Source: Klebsiella phage LAPAZ. Taken from it: a DNA stretch of 51,689 nucleotides. The DNA lies in the sequence record PP706156.1. One strand, written 5' to 3'. The translations under genes and the position numbers were made by a program. Below are positions 9,404-17,538 of the stretch, piece by piece (position 1 is the stretch's first letter; each line of letters opens with the position of its first letter). The notes beneath the pieces were generated by a model, which made no database searches, was not told the DNA's origin, and saw only the letters and a program-made list of their open reading frames with translations.

Positions 9404-9979
9404 TTAATTTTTCAAGTGGTGGCACGGCTCGCCATCTTTAACGGCTCCCCACTGGCGGCGCTTGTTCCGCTCCAGCTTTTCCGCCACCGCCACTGCCAAC
9501 TGCTCATCGGTGATTCCGGCGCGGCGGGTTGCGTCCCACACCAGCATGATGATATCGGCGAACTCGCTAATGTCATCCGGCGCTTCGGCGGCTTCGTTGG
9601 CCTCTTTAGCCAGGTGTTTCAGCGGGCCGACCGGGCCAACGTTGCCGAACTGGCGATCCGACCATTCCGCGTGCGCCTGCCGGACAAGGCGGAAGGGATC
9701 CCGGACTGACTCAGCATCGAAGCTGCAAAGGTACAGATCTTTCCACGCCGCCGGGTCGTTTTGCACCTGGCGCATTTCATGCAGTACGGCGTCAACATCC
9801 ATCTTCTCAGGCCAATTGACCTGGAAGGATTCCGGCTGGCGGATGTATTCGACCACTTCGCCGCCCAGCACGCGCTGCTGCATTTCAGCCTGCGCTTTCG
9901 TGTCGCAGGTGAGGCGGCGCGATTTGCGCCCCTCGTTAGTCCCGATAGTGTAGGTCAGTACCCAAATTTTGTTGTTCAT
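9404..9979 (-). CDS. Putative nucleotide pyrophosphohydrolase (MazG-like / DUF550-like), 191 aa
   Basis: The C-terminal helical segment …EANEAAEAPDDISEFADIIMLVWDATRRAGITDEQLAVAVAEKLERNKRRQW resembles the MazG EExxE/D metal-binding helices. ATGA overlap with the upstream gene. Confidence 0.4.
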   Translation of the reverse strand: MNNKIWVLTYTIGTNEGRKSRRLTCDTKAQAEMQQRVLGGEVVEYIRQPESFQVNWPEKMDVDAVLHEMRQVQNDPAAWKDLYLCSFDAESVRDPFRLVRQAHAEWSDRQFGNVGPVGPLKHLAKEANEAAEAPDDISEFADIIMLVWDATRRAGITDEQLAVAVAEKLERNKRRQWGAVKDGEPCHHLKN

Positions 9980-10248
9980 TCTTCGATCACCTTATATTCG
10001 CCTTCGTTAAGTTTGAACCAGTCGGTAGTGAGCACCTGGCCGAATTCTTCGGTGTGGTAGTCGCGCCCCACCTGCGCCCACTTCTCGCCGTCGCTATAGC
10101 ATTCGACGGTCAGTCGATCACCTGCTTTGAATCCGGCCCACTGTGCAAGGGTAGGCTCATCCTGGGAGGTGGTAACGTCCGGGTTGATAATCTCAACAAC
10201 GGCCAGGCCCAGGAATGATTTGTCTTTGGTCGGATACGGAATGCTCAT
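9976..10248 (-). CDS. Hypothetical protein (90 aa)
   Basis: SD CAGGAG. First gene after the promoter cassette at 10285..10329. Confidence 0.5.
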   Translation of the reverse strand: MSIPYPTKDKSFLGLAVVEIINPDVTTSQDEPTLAQWAGFKAGDRLTVECYSDGEKWAQVGRDYHTEEFGQVLTTDWFKLNEGEYKVIEE

Positions 10249-10284
10249 TTGTTTAGCTCCTGATTGGTTCGCTTCAATAAGGCC

Positions 10285-10329
10285 ACTATATCAAATGGCC
10301 TTGCGGAAGTTTTAGCAAAAAGTGCTATT
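10285..10329 (-). promoter_or_regulatory. Conserved promoter cassette (box AATAGCACTTTTTGCTAAAA, 22-nt hairpin spacer, -10 TATAGT)
   Basis: Member of the repeat family; exact 22-nt box-to-(-10) spacing. Confidence 0.5.
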
Positions 10330-11077
10330 TGCCGTCGCGCCACAAACTAACCAGGGCGTCGGCCATCTGGCGGAGAACTTTCGCATGGGTCTGCGCATCA
10401 TCACCTTCCGGCGTGCGCATGGCTTCACGGATTTTCTCGATCGTGTTGTGGGCGGCGTTAAGCTCTGACTCAAGCTCTTTAACCCGGTCAGCGAGCGAGG
10501 CTTCTTTCGTGCCTTCCGGTTTCACGATCATCGACCGCGACAGCATACCCAGGGCTGCAACTGCATCGCTTGCCGACTTCACGCCCTCTTTGAAGTGCGC
10601 GGATTTTTCAGCGCCGATCTTAAATCCACGTGCAACGCCCCGCGACTCATCCCGCCCGAACATGTTCAGCACGCGCTCGGCCAGGGCTTCCAGATCCTGA
10701 TCTTTGTCGCGTTCGTGGGCCTTCAGGTCGGCAAAGAACAGGGGCGACTCAGTGGAGGTGATGCCGCCGAACATTGACGCCGAAGTGTGGATGGGATATT
10801 GCATCGCGCCGCCCACTAACCCGCCGAAGGAGAGTTCGCCACCAGCGAAACAGTTGTTGATTTGCAACTCGATGCTGAACTGACCGCCGCCGATGTAGTG
10901 CGAGTTGCGCGGGTTGACCGCGTACATGTTGCCTTCGTCATCGGTGATTTTGTACAGTGAATCCCCGGTGTATTTGGTGAAAGGCTCGGCCTCATAGCGC
11001 TTGCCTTTGGTGAATTTCGCGCCCACGCCAGCGGGAGAATCAGCGTTCGGGGTCAGGATGAATTTGTAGGTGCTCAT
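10325..11077 (-). CDS. Hypothetical protein (250 aa; beta-rich N-terminal domain, C-terminal coiled-coil)
   Basis: ATG at 11077 with SD AAAGAGGAAAAA. Preceded by the promoter cassette at 11101..11150. Confidence 0.55.
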   Translation of the reverse strand: MSTYKFILTPNADSPAGVGAKFTKGKRYEAEPFTKYTGDSLYKITDDEGNMYAVNPRNSHYIGGGQFSIELQINNCFAGGELSFGGLVGGAMQYPIHTSASMFGGITSTESPLFFADLKAHERDKDQDLEALAERVLNMFGRDESRGVARGFKIGAEKSAHFKEGVKSASDAVAALGMLSRSMIVKPEGTKEASLADRVKELESELNAAHNTIEKIREAMRTPEGDDAQTHAKVLRQMADALVSLWRDGK

Positions 11078-11106
11078 GATTTTTCCTCTTTGGTTGGTGT
11101 GGGGAT

Positions 11107-11150
11107 AGTATGCACCATCCCCGGACGGCGGTTTTAGCAATTCGTGCTAT
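11107..11150 (-). promoter_or_regulatory. Conserved promoter cassette (box TAGCACGAATTGCTAAAA, hairpin GGGGAT…ATCCCC, -10 CATACT)
   Basis: Member of the repeat family. Near-identical to the 19088 copy. Confidence 0.5.
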
Positions 11151-11638
11151 CAAAGCGCGTCTAGTTCGGCCTCAATGAATTCGTACCACTCGTGGCCGTT
11201 AACTGGATCGTGTTCGGTTCCATGCAGCCAGTCCGTATGCGCGGAACAGAATTCGCCGGATTTGTTGAAATAATAGTCGGCCCATGACCGCGCCCAATCG
11301 CCTACGCCAGCGAACGTGCCGAACTTGCGGATGTATGCGTCGGTGTAACCGCGCTCCTTCGCAATGCGCTTCAGTGCACGAACCAGCAACTTGCGCTGTG
11401 ATGCCTTCGATACTTTCCGCAGGTGGAAAAGCGCGTTTTCCGGCTCGCCACCAACACGGATGGTCAAGTCTTCGTCGGTGTCCAGCGGGTTGACGATGAA
11501 TTCGTTCAGGTATCCGCCCTGGATTACGTGCACCGTGCCTAGTGGTTCGTGAACCTCGACGGCATCGAATACGCAGCCGATAAGATGGCGTTCACGCTCG
11601 CGTGCTGCATTGACAACCATAAGTTTGATGGTGTTCAT
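11150..11638 (-). CDS. Hypothetical protein (162 aa)
   Basis: ATGA overlap with the upstream gene. Its TGA stop lies immediately next to the promoter box. Confidence 0.5.
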   Translation of the reverse strand: MNTIKLMVVNAARERERHLIGCVFDAVEVHEPLGTVHVIQGGYLNEFIVNPLDTDEDLTIRVGGEPENALFHLRKVSKASQRKLLVRALKRIAKERGYTDAYIRKFGTFAGVGDWARSWADYYFNKSGEFCSAHTDWLHGTEHDPVNGHEWYEFIEAELDAL

Positions 11639-11847
11639 TAGCGGATCTCCTCGATCGCGTTCAGGCAGAGTAAGTGGGTCGCGTAGTCAAGATCCGTTTC
11701 GGTTGAGCGCTCGGAATGCTCGCCGCCTGATACGCAGAATCGCACGCTGGGAACCTCGATCTGAAGTTCGGTGCCGTCCTCAAGCTCGATGATGGCTACG
11801 GTATCCTCAGCCAGCATGCTTAACAGGTCGATGATGTGGTCATTCAT
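11638..11847 (-). CDS. Hypothetical protein (69 aa)
   Basis: ATG at 11847 with SD GGAG. First gene after the cassette at 11885..11932. Confidence 0.45.
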   Translation of the reverse strand: MNDHIIDLLSMLAEDTVAIIELEDGTELQIEVPSVRFCVSGGEHSERSTETDLDYATHLLCLNAIEEIR

Positions 11848-11887
11848 GGTGTAACTCCTGATTGGTTTGTTTCGCTTCAGTAACGCC

Positions 11888-11932
11888 ACTTTACCAAATG
11901 ACGTTACGGCAGGTTTAACAAAAAGTGCTATT
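11888..11932 (-). promoter_or_regulatory. Conserved promoter cassette (box AATAGCACTTTTTGTTAAAC, -10 TAAAGT)
   Basis: Member of the repeat family. Confidence 0.5.
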
Positions 11933-12107
11933 CTTTGTCGCCAGTGAATGCGGCCCGACGACCACGGCGGAAGCCGTTAATCTCAGAGAGGCGGCTTACC
12001 CCGATGATAACCATCATCATTCCGATCATTTGCCAGCCATCTTCTTTGGCAACCACCAGACCACCCAGGAACAGAACCCAATACAGTGCAATCATTTTCT
12101 TGCTCAT
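11928..12107 (-). CDS. Small two-pass membrane protein (59 aa). Not in the ORF track, which omits ORFs under 60 aa.
   Basis: ATGA overlap with the upstream gene. Two hydrophobic segments (IALYWVLFLGGLVVA and MIGMMMVIIGV). Its TAG stop lies inside the promoter box GAATAGCAC. Confidence 0.45.
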   Translation of the reverse strand: MSKKMIALYWVLFLGGLVVAKEDGWQMIGMMMVIIGVSRLSEINGFRRGRRAAFTGDKE

Positions 12108-12349
12108 AGTTTCACCTCAAATAAAACGTTGTTTTCATATGGTCGATTGTGGTACATCGCGATCTTCTCATCCGGCATGCGGCACGCCAGCCAGAATTCG
12201 CCGTCCTCCGTGGTGGATTCATCGTCCTGCAAAATCCAGACTTCATCCAGGCCAGGGCCGAACCTGGCGTTATACTCCTTGCCGACGGTGAAGAATGGGG
12301 CCATCGGCGCGTAGCTCGCATGAGTGCAAATTACGGTTACGGTTTCCAT
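12104..12349 (-). CDS. Hypothetical protein (81 aa)
   Basis: ATG at 12349 with SD AAGG. Confidence 0.45.
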   Translation of the reverse strand: METVTVICTHASYAPMAPFFTVGKEYNARFGPGLDEVWILQDDESTTEDGEFWLACRMPDEKIAMYHNRPYENNVLFEVKL

Positions 12350-12360
12350 CACATCTGGCC

Positions 12361-12732
12361 TTACAGTTGGTTGGCGAAGATGTGCCAGACGTGGCTTTTC
12401 GGCGTGCGCTTCATGAGTTTGTGCGCCTTGCGGGCCATGCGCTTATAGTCGCGCGAGGTCAGCTTAACCGGATCGGCAACGAACGATTCGACAATCAAGC
12501 CTTCGGAGTGGTATTCGGTATTCCATTCTTGATACGTCCGATCTTCTCGGAAGATGGTTAGACGGCGAACACAATGCACGTCACTGTGAAGGCGCTCCCC
12601 ATGCTCGCCGTAATAGAAAGCTCCTCGCATTTCGCCATCATTCCCAAAGTGCAAAAGGTGAATGCGGCTTTTCTTTCCTTCGAAGTTGGTGCCGACGATG
12701 GCGACGACTGCGTTTTTGATAAAGTGTTTCAT
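12361..12732 (-). CDS. Hypothetical protein (123 aa)
   Basis: Preceded by the cassette at 12758..12804. SD ACGGAG. Confidence 0.5.
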   Translation of the reverse strand: MKHFIKNAVVAIVGTNFEGKKSRIHLLHFGNDGEMRGAFYYGEHGERLHSDVHCVRRLTIFREDRTYQEWNTEYHSEGLIVESFVADPVKLTSRDYKRMARKAHKLMKRTPKSHVWHIFANQL

Positions 12733-12760
12733 GGTAAATCTCCGTTGTTGGTGTGGGATA

Positions 12761-12804
12761 ATTATGCCCGATCCGTTGACCGGGCATTTACCAAAAAGTG
12801 CTAT
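12761..12804 (-). promoter_or_regulatory. Conserved promoter cassette (box AATAGCACTTTTTGGTAAAT, hairpin ATGCCCG…CGGGCAT, -10 CATAAT)
   Basis: Member of the repeat family. Confidence 0.5.
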
Positions 12805-13118
12805 TGCATGGTGCGAAGGTCGATTTGCGATTCTTTCCAGTCAGCGAATGGCTCCATCTCTCCGATTTCCTGCATTTTCGCATCGCAGCGCCCGCAGTCT
12901 ACCCAGGCTTTGTTTACGCCGATAATGCGAACATCTTCGGCGACTGACTCATACGCCCAAATCGCGCCGTCTTCGTCAACGGCAATCGTATTGGCCCACA
13001 CTGGCACGTCGACGGATTTTGCATCGCTGGTGCTGTGGATGTTAATCTGAAACGCCACAACCTGGCGCTGCGCAATGGTGGCAACAACCTTGCCGCCGGA
13101 TTTGATTTCGTTGGTCAT
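12801..13118 (-). CDS. Hypothetical protein (105 aa)
   Basis: ATGA overlap with the upstream gene. Confidence 0.45.
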   Translation of the reverse strand: MTNEIKSGGKVVATIAQRQVVAFQINIHSTSDAKSVDVPVWANTIAVDEDGAIWAYESVAEDVRIIGVNKAWVDCGRCDAKMQEIGEMEPFADWKESQIDLRTMQ

Positions 13119-13330
13119 TATTCGATTACCTTAAAGGTTGCCACGACCGAACCGTTACGGCGTTCGGCGTTGAGGGTTGATTTATTGAAAAAGAACCAGG
13201 TGTTATTACCATGAACCACATCACAGCCGATCGAGCCATGAGGGGTGCGGACGGTAACACCCAGCTCCGCGCTGTACTCAAAGCCAGGGGTGTAGTTGAT
13301 AGTGTTGGAATCGGTGCAACGTAATTTCAT
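13118..13330 (-). CDS. Hypothetical protein (70 aa)
   Basis: Preceded by the cassette at 13355..13405. SD ACGAGG. Confidence 0.45.
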   Translation of the reverse strand: MKLRCTDSNTINYTPGFEYSAELGVTVRTPHGSIGCDVVHGNNTWFFFNKSTLNAERRNGSVVATFKVIE

Positions 13331-13359
13331 GGTGATAGCCTCGTTTGTTGGTATGGGGT

Positions 13360-13405
13360 AACTATACCAGCCTACCCCGATCGAGTTTTAGCAATTCGTG
13401 CTATT
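13360..13405 (-). promoter_or_regulatory. Conserved promoter cassette (box AATAGCACGAATTGCTAAAA, -10 TATAGT inside the GGGGTA…TACCCC hairpin loop)
   Basis: Member of the repeat family. Confidence 0.5.
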
Positions 13406-13610
13406 CAACCACCTTGATTACCCGTTCCGGGCGGTGCGGTGCGCCGGATTTGTGGAGCCAGTAGCGGGCCTGCGTCAACTGGCCGAAGTGCTCGACCGTC
13501 ACCCACCAGAAGAAGGCAACACGACGCTGTGCTGCATACCACTCCACCGGACGCCCGAAGGCGTCAAGCGTCGCAATGCGCACGATCCTGAATTTGCGGT
13601 TAGAAACCAT
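13401..13610 (-). CDS. Hypothetical protein (69 aa, ATG at 13610)
   Basis: Internal ATG is preferred, because the longer track ORF overlaps its upstream neighbour by 110 nt. Confidence 0.35.
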   Translation of the reverse strand: MVSNRKFRIVRIATLDAFGRPVEWYAAQRRVAFFWWVTVEHFGQLTQARYWLHKSGAPHRPERVIKVVE

Positions 13611-13797
13611 AAGCCTGATTCTCCAGGGAGGCGAGCGATGAGAACGTGTAAGTTCTGGTGCATGAGTAATCGCCAACGAATCCGCAGATCTCAATGCTCC
13701 CGGCCTCAATGGTCACGGATATAACTTTCATATCCAGGTGAAAGGCGAACATGGCAAGCGCTTTATGTGCGCGATGCATATATTCGAACTGGTTCAT
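13600..13797 (-). CDS. Hypothetical protein (65 aa)
   Basis: ATGA overlap with the upstream gene. Confidence 0.4.
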   Translation of the reverse strand: MNQFEYMHRAHKALAMFAFHLDMKVISVTIEAGSIEICGFVGDYSCTRTYTFSSLASLENQAYGF

Positions 13798-14012
13798 TTT
13801 TCCGCTCCTTGTGCGATCTCGACGGCATCGGCGACGGACAGCAACTGGTTAGCCAGATCGCGGATTACCTTCGGGTCGTCAAATACACAGCAACCGCTAT
13901 CGTGGGTCGCCATAAGCTCTACGCCAGCAGCGCCACCACTGAACGGCGACACGACCAATTCATCGCCATCCGAATCGCGGTAGCATACCGTTTGCAGTTT
14001 CGGGTCGCTCAT
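13794..14012 (-). CDS. Hypothetical acidic protein (72 aa)
   Basis: ATGA overlap with the upstream gene. Confidence 0.45.
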   Translation of the reverse strand: MSDPKLQTVCYRDSDGDELVVSPFSGGAAGVELMATHDSGCCVFDDPKVIRDLANQLLSVADAVEIAQGAEK

Positions 14013-14263
14013 TTGAACAGCGCCCCTTTGATTTTATTCCAGAAGGCGAACGGTACGCGCTTTGGCTTTAACTCTACCACGTCGTGATCGTAGAAGCCCA
14101 GGAGCACGCCGCATTTCTTCGGCGGTACGTCCCCAATCACATCACCCATGAAGTACCAGCTATCGCCATCCTTAAAGTACAGGCCGACGCATGCGCCAGG
14201 TGCGGCGTGGGTAGCAGTGTCCGGCAGGTTGTAGGTCTTGCCGCGAGATTCAAATTGTTGCAT
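14009..14263 (-). CDS. Hypothetical protein (84 aa)
   Basis: SD AAGGAG. Confidence 0.45.
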   Translation of the reverse strand: MQQFESRGKTYNLPDTATHAAPGACVGLYFKDGDSWYFMGDVIGDVPPKKCGVLLGFYDHDVVELKPKRVPFAFWNKIKGALFK

Positions 14264-14275
14264 GATTTTTTCTCC

Positions 14276-14488
14276 TTACAGAAACATTCCGGCCAGGCGC
14301 AGGCGGTTGATTATATCGTCACGCTTGACGCAAAGGCCATCATAGTAGTCTTCGAGTTGGGGATCCCATGACGGCAGGTCAAGCATTGCTTTCATCTCAT
14401 CGCAGGCTACTTTAAGCGCGTTAAAGTTCTGCTCAACGGCGCGACGGTGAAATGCTGCATTGAGTGGGTTGTTATGGTTGCCGATCAT
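14276..14488 (-). CDS. Hypothetical protein (70 aa)
   Basis: Preceded by the cassette at 14503..14561. SD AGAGGAG. Confidence 0.45.
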   Translation of the reverse strand: MIGNHNNPLNAAFHRRAVEQNFNALKVACDEMKAMLDLPSWDPQLEDYYDGLCVKRDDIINRLRLAGMFL

Positions 14489-14506
14489 GTTTACGCTCCT
14501 CTGTTT

Positions 14507-14561
14507 CGATGGGGTAATGATAGCGCATCACCCCGGTTGCGTTTTAACAAAAAGTGCTATT
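14507..14561 (-). promoter_or_regulatory. Conserved promoter cassette (box AATAGCACTTTTTGTTAAAA, -10 TATCAT)
   Basis: Member of the repeat family. Confidence 0.5.
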
Positions 14562-15051
14562 GCTGTGGGATCTGGAAGCAGAGTTCCCGCCAGTTGCGGT
14601 GCTCGCGGCCAGTGTTACCCAGGAAGCAGACTGTTCGCGCAATGTGGCCGTACTGCTCCGACCCGCGAAGCCATTCGCCCAGGTAATCCTTTGCGTCATC
14701 ATCTTTCGGCAGGCAGTGGCGCGGGCGCATCTTGAATGCGAAGACGTCGCCGTTACCGTCGATGGCAATGTGGGTGGCCCCGCCCTGGATGGCCGTCTGT
14801 GCGGTTGCGGTCGTGGTGCTTTTGTCGATGCCAGCCAGGAAGTTAGAGAATTCGTTCATGGTCATGCTCTTTTGCTCCGGCTCCGACTCGACAAGCAGAA
14901 GTGTATCGTTGCCAACCATCGCAAAGAAGATCGCCGCTGTCATGTTCGACTTCTTCACAATCTTGCCTTCGCGCTTGCGCATCATCACTGCGTCATCTTC
15001 CAGCCAGTAGATAAGGCCATTAAGGGTGTTGAGGTATTCGCGAGATTTCAT
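14557..15051 (-). CDS. Hypothetical protein (164 aa)
   Basis: Preceded by the cassette at 15080..15128. SD ACGGAG. Confidence 0.5.
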   Translation of the reverse strand: MKSREYLNTLNGLIYWLEDDAVMMRKREGKIVKKSNMTAAIFFAMVGNDTLLLVESEPEQKSMTMNEFSNFLAGIDKSTTTATAQTAIQGGATHIAIDGNGDVFAFKMRPRHCLPKDDDAKDYLGEWLRGSEQYGHIARTVCFLGNTGREHRNWRELCFQIPQQ

Positions 15052-15083
15052 TGTGGTGCTCCGTTGTTCGTTTCGATGGGGTT

Positions 15084-15128
15084 ACTATAGCAAGCTACCC
15101 CGATCGTGTTTTAACAAAAAGTGCTATT
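15084..15128 (-). promoter_or_regulatory. Conserved promoter cassette (box AATAGCACTTTTTGTTAAAA, -10 TATAGT)
   Basis: Member of the repeat family. Confidence 0.5.
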
Positions 15129-15339
15129 TGAAGTTGTGAACCTGGTTCCCGCCGCTGTGGTCGTCAATGTCAACGCCGTCGCAGGTGACGTAAAAGCCGC
15201 GAATGACGGTAAAGCGCCAGTGGCCCCGCCAGTGGAAGTACACGCCGAATTCACGGCCAGGCACCGCCTTCGTCGACTCCTTCGGGATCTGAAGCCCGGC
15301 GAAGGTGCGGAGTTGAAGCGTTCTGTTAAAGCGTGGCAT
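15124..15339 (-). CDS. Hypothetical protein (71 aa)
   Basis: Preceded by the cassette at 15368..15415. SD GAGAGGAG. Confidence 0.45.
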   Translation of the reverse strand: MPRFNRTLQLRTFAGLQIPKESTKAVPGREFGVYFHWRGHWRFTVIRGFYVTCDGVDIDDHSGGNQVHNFK

Positions 15340-15370
15340 GGTTGATGCTCCTCTCGTTGGTGATGTGGTG

Positions 15371-15415
15371 ATAATACCCGATCCCTCTGACCGGGTTTTA
15401 CCAAAAAGTGCTATT
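15371..15415 (-). promoter_or_regulatory. Conserved promoter cassette (box AATAGCACTTTTTGGTAAAA, hairpin ACCCG…CGGGT, -10 TATTAT)
   Basis: Member of the repeat family. Confidence 0.5.
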
Positions 15416-15716
15416 GCGGATAGTCCAGGCTAACGATATTGTCGGCACTGTCAAGCATCATCTGAAGCACGTTAGGCGCTCCGACGAACTCCGGTCGCGT
15501 TACTGCCTGGCCTGTTTCGGTAATGTGCTGGATGTATGACTCAGAATCTGGAAGAAATGACATCAAAAGCAAGTCACCTGTAACGCATTCTAAGGCGCTT
15601 GGATTTTCTGCCTGTGATGCATTGATTACTGCGTCGATAACGTCCTGCTCGCTTACTGGCTCGCTTCCCAGGCGCATTGGTGCCGCCGGGTCGGACTGGT
15701 CTTGATAGAGTTTCAT
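15411..15716 (-). CDS. Hypothetical acidic protein (101 aa)
   Basis: ATGA overlap with the upstream gene. Confidence 0.45.
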   Translation of the reverse strand: MKLYQDQSDPAAPMRLGSEPVSEQDVIDAVINASQAENPSALECVTGDLLLMSFLPDSESYIQHITETGQAVTRPEFVGAPNVLQMMLDSADNIVSLDYPQ

Positions 15717-16243
15717 ACCTTTTCCCCTTTGATTCTGGCTTTCAGTGCCATCGTGTACCCATTGTAAAGCAAGCCCTTTGGCATCACTTCGTCAACGATC
15801 GACAAAACCCTTTCCCGTTCAGAGTGAACGCCCTGCTGCCTGTAAGCATCGGCCTCCAGGTCACGTCCCGCGCTATCATCGAACTCAGTGGACACGATGA
15901 TTAACCCGGCTCCCAGGCTTACGCGCAAGACCTCGCCAGGCTCAAGGAGTTTTAGCAGTGGTCGGCGGAAGTGGTTATCGACGGGATGCACGCCGAATTT
16001 TTCCGTGAACTGATCTGCTGTCATCTGGATACGTCGCCCGCCATCCAGGAACATGCGCCGGATCTCCTTCGAGCGGTTGCCTGTGAACGTGCCTTCGTTG
16101 GCCCGGCCAGCCTGGTGATTGCCTTCCGGCTCCCCGAACGTGATCGATTGCAGCCATTCATGGTACGCGGCCTGCTTTTCTGCGTCGTACTGCATCCACT
16201 CGGACACGTCGACTTCTTCGAACTCATAACCTTTGTATTGCAT
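15713..16243 (-). CDS. Hypothetical protein (176 aa). First gene of the leftward early operon.
   Basis: ATG at 16243 with SD GGGGGAG. Immediately downstream of the AT-rich control region. Confidence 0.5.
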   Translation of the reverse strand: MQYKGYEFEEVDVSEWMQYDAEKQAAYHEWLQSITFGEPEGNHQAGRANEGTFTGNRSKEIRRMFLDGGRRIQMTADQFTEKFGVHPVDNHFRRPLLKLLEPGEVLRVSLGAGLIIVSTEFDDSAGRDLEADAYRQQGVHSERERVLSIVDEVMPKGLLYNGYTMALKARIKGEKV

Positions 16244-16433
16244 GTTTCTCCCCCACATTTGCGGCGTTTGTAAGCGTTTGGTAAGGCCATCTTACTTGCT
16301 CCAGGCCTTGCCGTCAAAGGGTTTGTGCGTGTGTGGTAAGATTCGTAAGCATCCCCCATATATGCCTATACCACCAGGCGGCGGCGGAACATCTAAAATT
16401 TATGGCTCTCGCAAGATGATTCCGGTAGCCATG

Positions 16434-16532
16434 CCGGGAGAAATCTTACCAAACATATATAGATAGAGAGAGTAATAATAATAATATTGTTATTTATCAT
16501 ATACTTATATATCTATTATAGGCTTATATTGG
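16434..16532 (+). repeat. ~100-bp AT-rich element, copy A, flanked by the GGTAAGAT-containing sequence CCGGGAGAAATCTTACC
   Basis: About 85% identical to the reverse complement of 33176..33276. Contains (GA)n and a (TAA)4 run. Confidence 0.8.
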
Positions 16533-16822
16533 TCACTTTTTGTGCAATTTTCAGGTAAGATTTTTCCTCCCCCACATTCCCACACGACGCAAATGTTGGT
16601 GAAACACAAGGCACGTTTTGGCAGGATTCGAACGGCGAATTATGTGCATAGTGCATGCATCTATGCAATTCGTTGCACATCATGAAACACTCCATCATCA
16701 CATTGCACAGAATGAAACAATCACAATCAATCATGAATCGTCAAAAGTAATCACCAGGAAGTCAGATGCAATCACAGCCTATTCCAATATTCCGAATGGA
16801 TGGAATAATCGACAATCGGAGG

Positions 16823-16867
16823 AATAGCACAAATAATCAAAATCTGGCTGGTGGGATCGGGTATAGT
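16823..16867 (+). promoter_or_regulatory. Degenerate promoter cassette (box AATAGCACAAATAATCAAAA, -10 TATAGT) for the rightward early operon
   Basis: Box-to-(-10) spacing of 22 nt is preserved. Leader CATCAACCAATCACGGAG. Confidence 0.45.
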
Positions 16868-16898
16868 CATCACATCAACCAATCACGGAGCAAGCACG

Positions 16899-17102
16899 AT
16901 GGCACACATGATGAAGAAGGCGGATTTTCTTAAACTGGCTGGTAAGTTGACTAACCCGCGCGTAAAGTCGCATCGTCACGGCGTGCTCCTGATGGATGGG
17001 AACAAGGTACAAGAGGAAATTTATGTTGCATCATCTTTCAACGAAGCCGGGATCATATCCGCAATGAACCAGGCGGAAAAATATAGAGGGTGGCTGGAAT
17101 GA
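16899..17102 (+). CDS. Hypothetical protein (67 aa). First gene of the rightward early operon.
   Basis: ATG at 16899 with SD GGAG. Downstream of the cassette at 16823..16867. Confidence 0.45.
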   Translation: MAHMMKKADFLKLAGKLTNPRVKSHRHGVLLMDGNKVQEEIYVASSFNEAGIISAMNQAEKYRGWLE

Positions 17103-17275
17103 AAACTAACGCTGTGTATGAAAGCCGTCAATCTGGCGTGCAATGGATGAAGAACGAGGACGGAGTGATCAGGAAACGCATGCCGGGATCTGACGAATGG
17201 ACGTTCAGCGCTGCAACTGAATTTCTGGTTGATATGTGCGTTTGCGACGGATTCGTTTTCGAGGTGAAGCCATGA
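17099..17275 (+). CDS. Hypothetical protein (58 aa)
   Basis: ATGA overlap with the upstream gene. Confidence 0.4.
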   Translation: MKTNAVYESRQSGVQWMKNEDGVIRKRMPGSDEWTFSAATEFLVDMCVCDGFVFEVKP

Positions 17276-17538
17276 ACAAGCAAGAGCTATTCGATCGCGT
17301 TGATGCCTTCATTTCGACGCATGGCTACGTCCCTGTGAATGTGCGCGTTCACTTCGATAAGAACTACGGCCTGGACAGGCAGACGGTCAGTCTTTGGCTT
17401 GTGGGGAAATACAGCGCCGACGAAACGCTTTGCATGGGGATTGATACCCTGTTTCTGAAACGATATCACAGCGCTGAACGGGCAGAAAAAGATGCTTCGC
17501 GGTTCCGCGCCCAAATCAAAAAGGAGTACCAACAATGA
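17272..17538 (+). CDS. Hypothetical protein (88 aa)
   Basis: ATGA overlap with the upstream gene. SD GAGGTG. Confidence 0.45.
   Translation: MNKQELFDRVDAFISTHGYVPVNVRVHFDKNYGLDRQTVSLWLVGKYSADETLCMGIDTLFLKRYHSAERAEKDASRFRAQIKKEYQQ

Noticed and set aside
11101-11122. GGGGATAGTATGCACCATCCCC and similar post-box hairpins considered as simple rho-independent terminators
   Set aside because: In the gene orientation most are not followed by a T-run. Their position is fixed at exactly 22 nt between the box and a -10 hexamer. That argues for a promoter-spacer (or promoter/attenuator dual) role rather than a plain terminator. Only the 17865 and 35798 copies have T-tracts.
16621-16650. GGCAGGATTCGAACGGCG resembles a tRNA T-arm (GGTTCGAATCC)
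   Set aside because: The flanking sequence cannot form a T-stem, acceptor stem or anticodon arm on either strand. No cloverleaf is possible. It is more likely part of the regulatory palindrome cluster.
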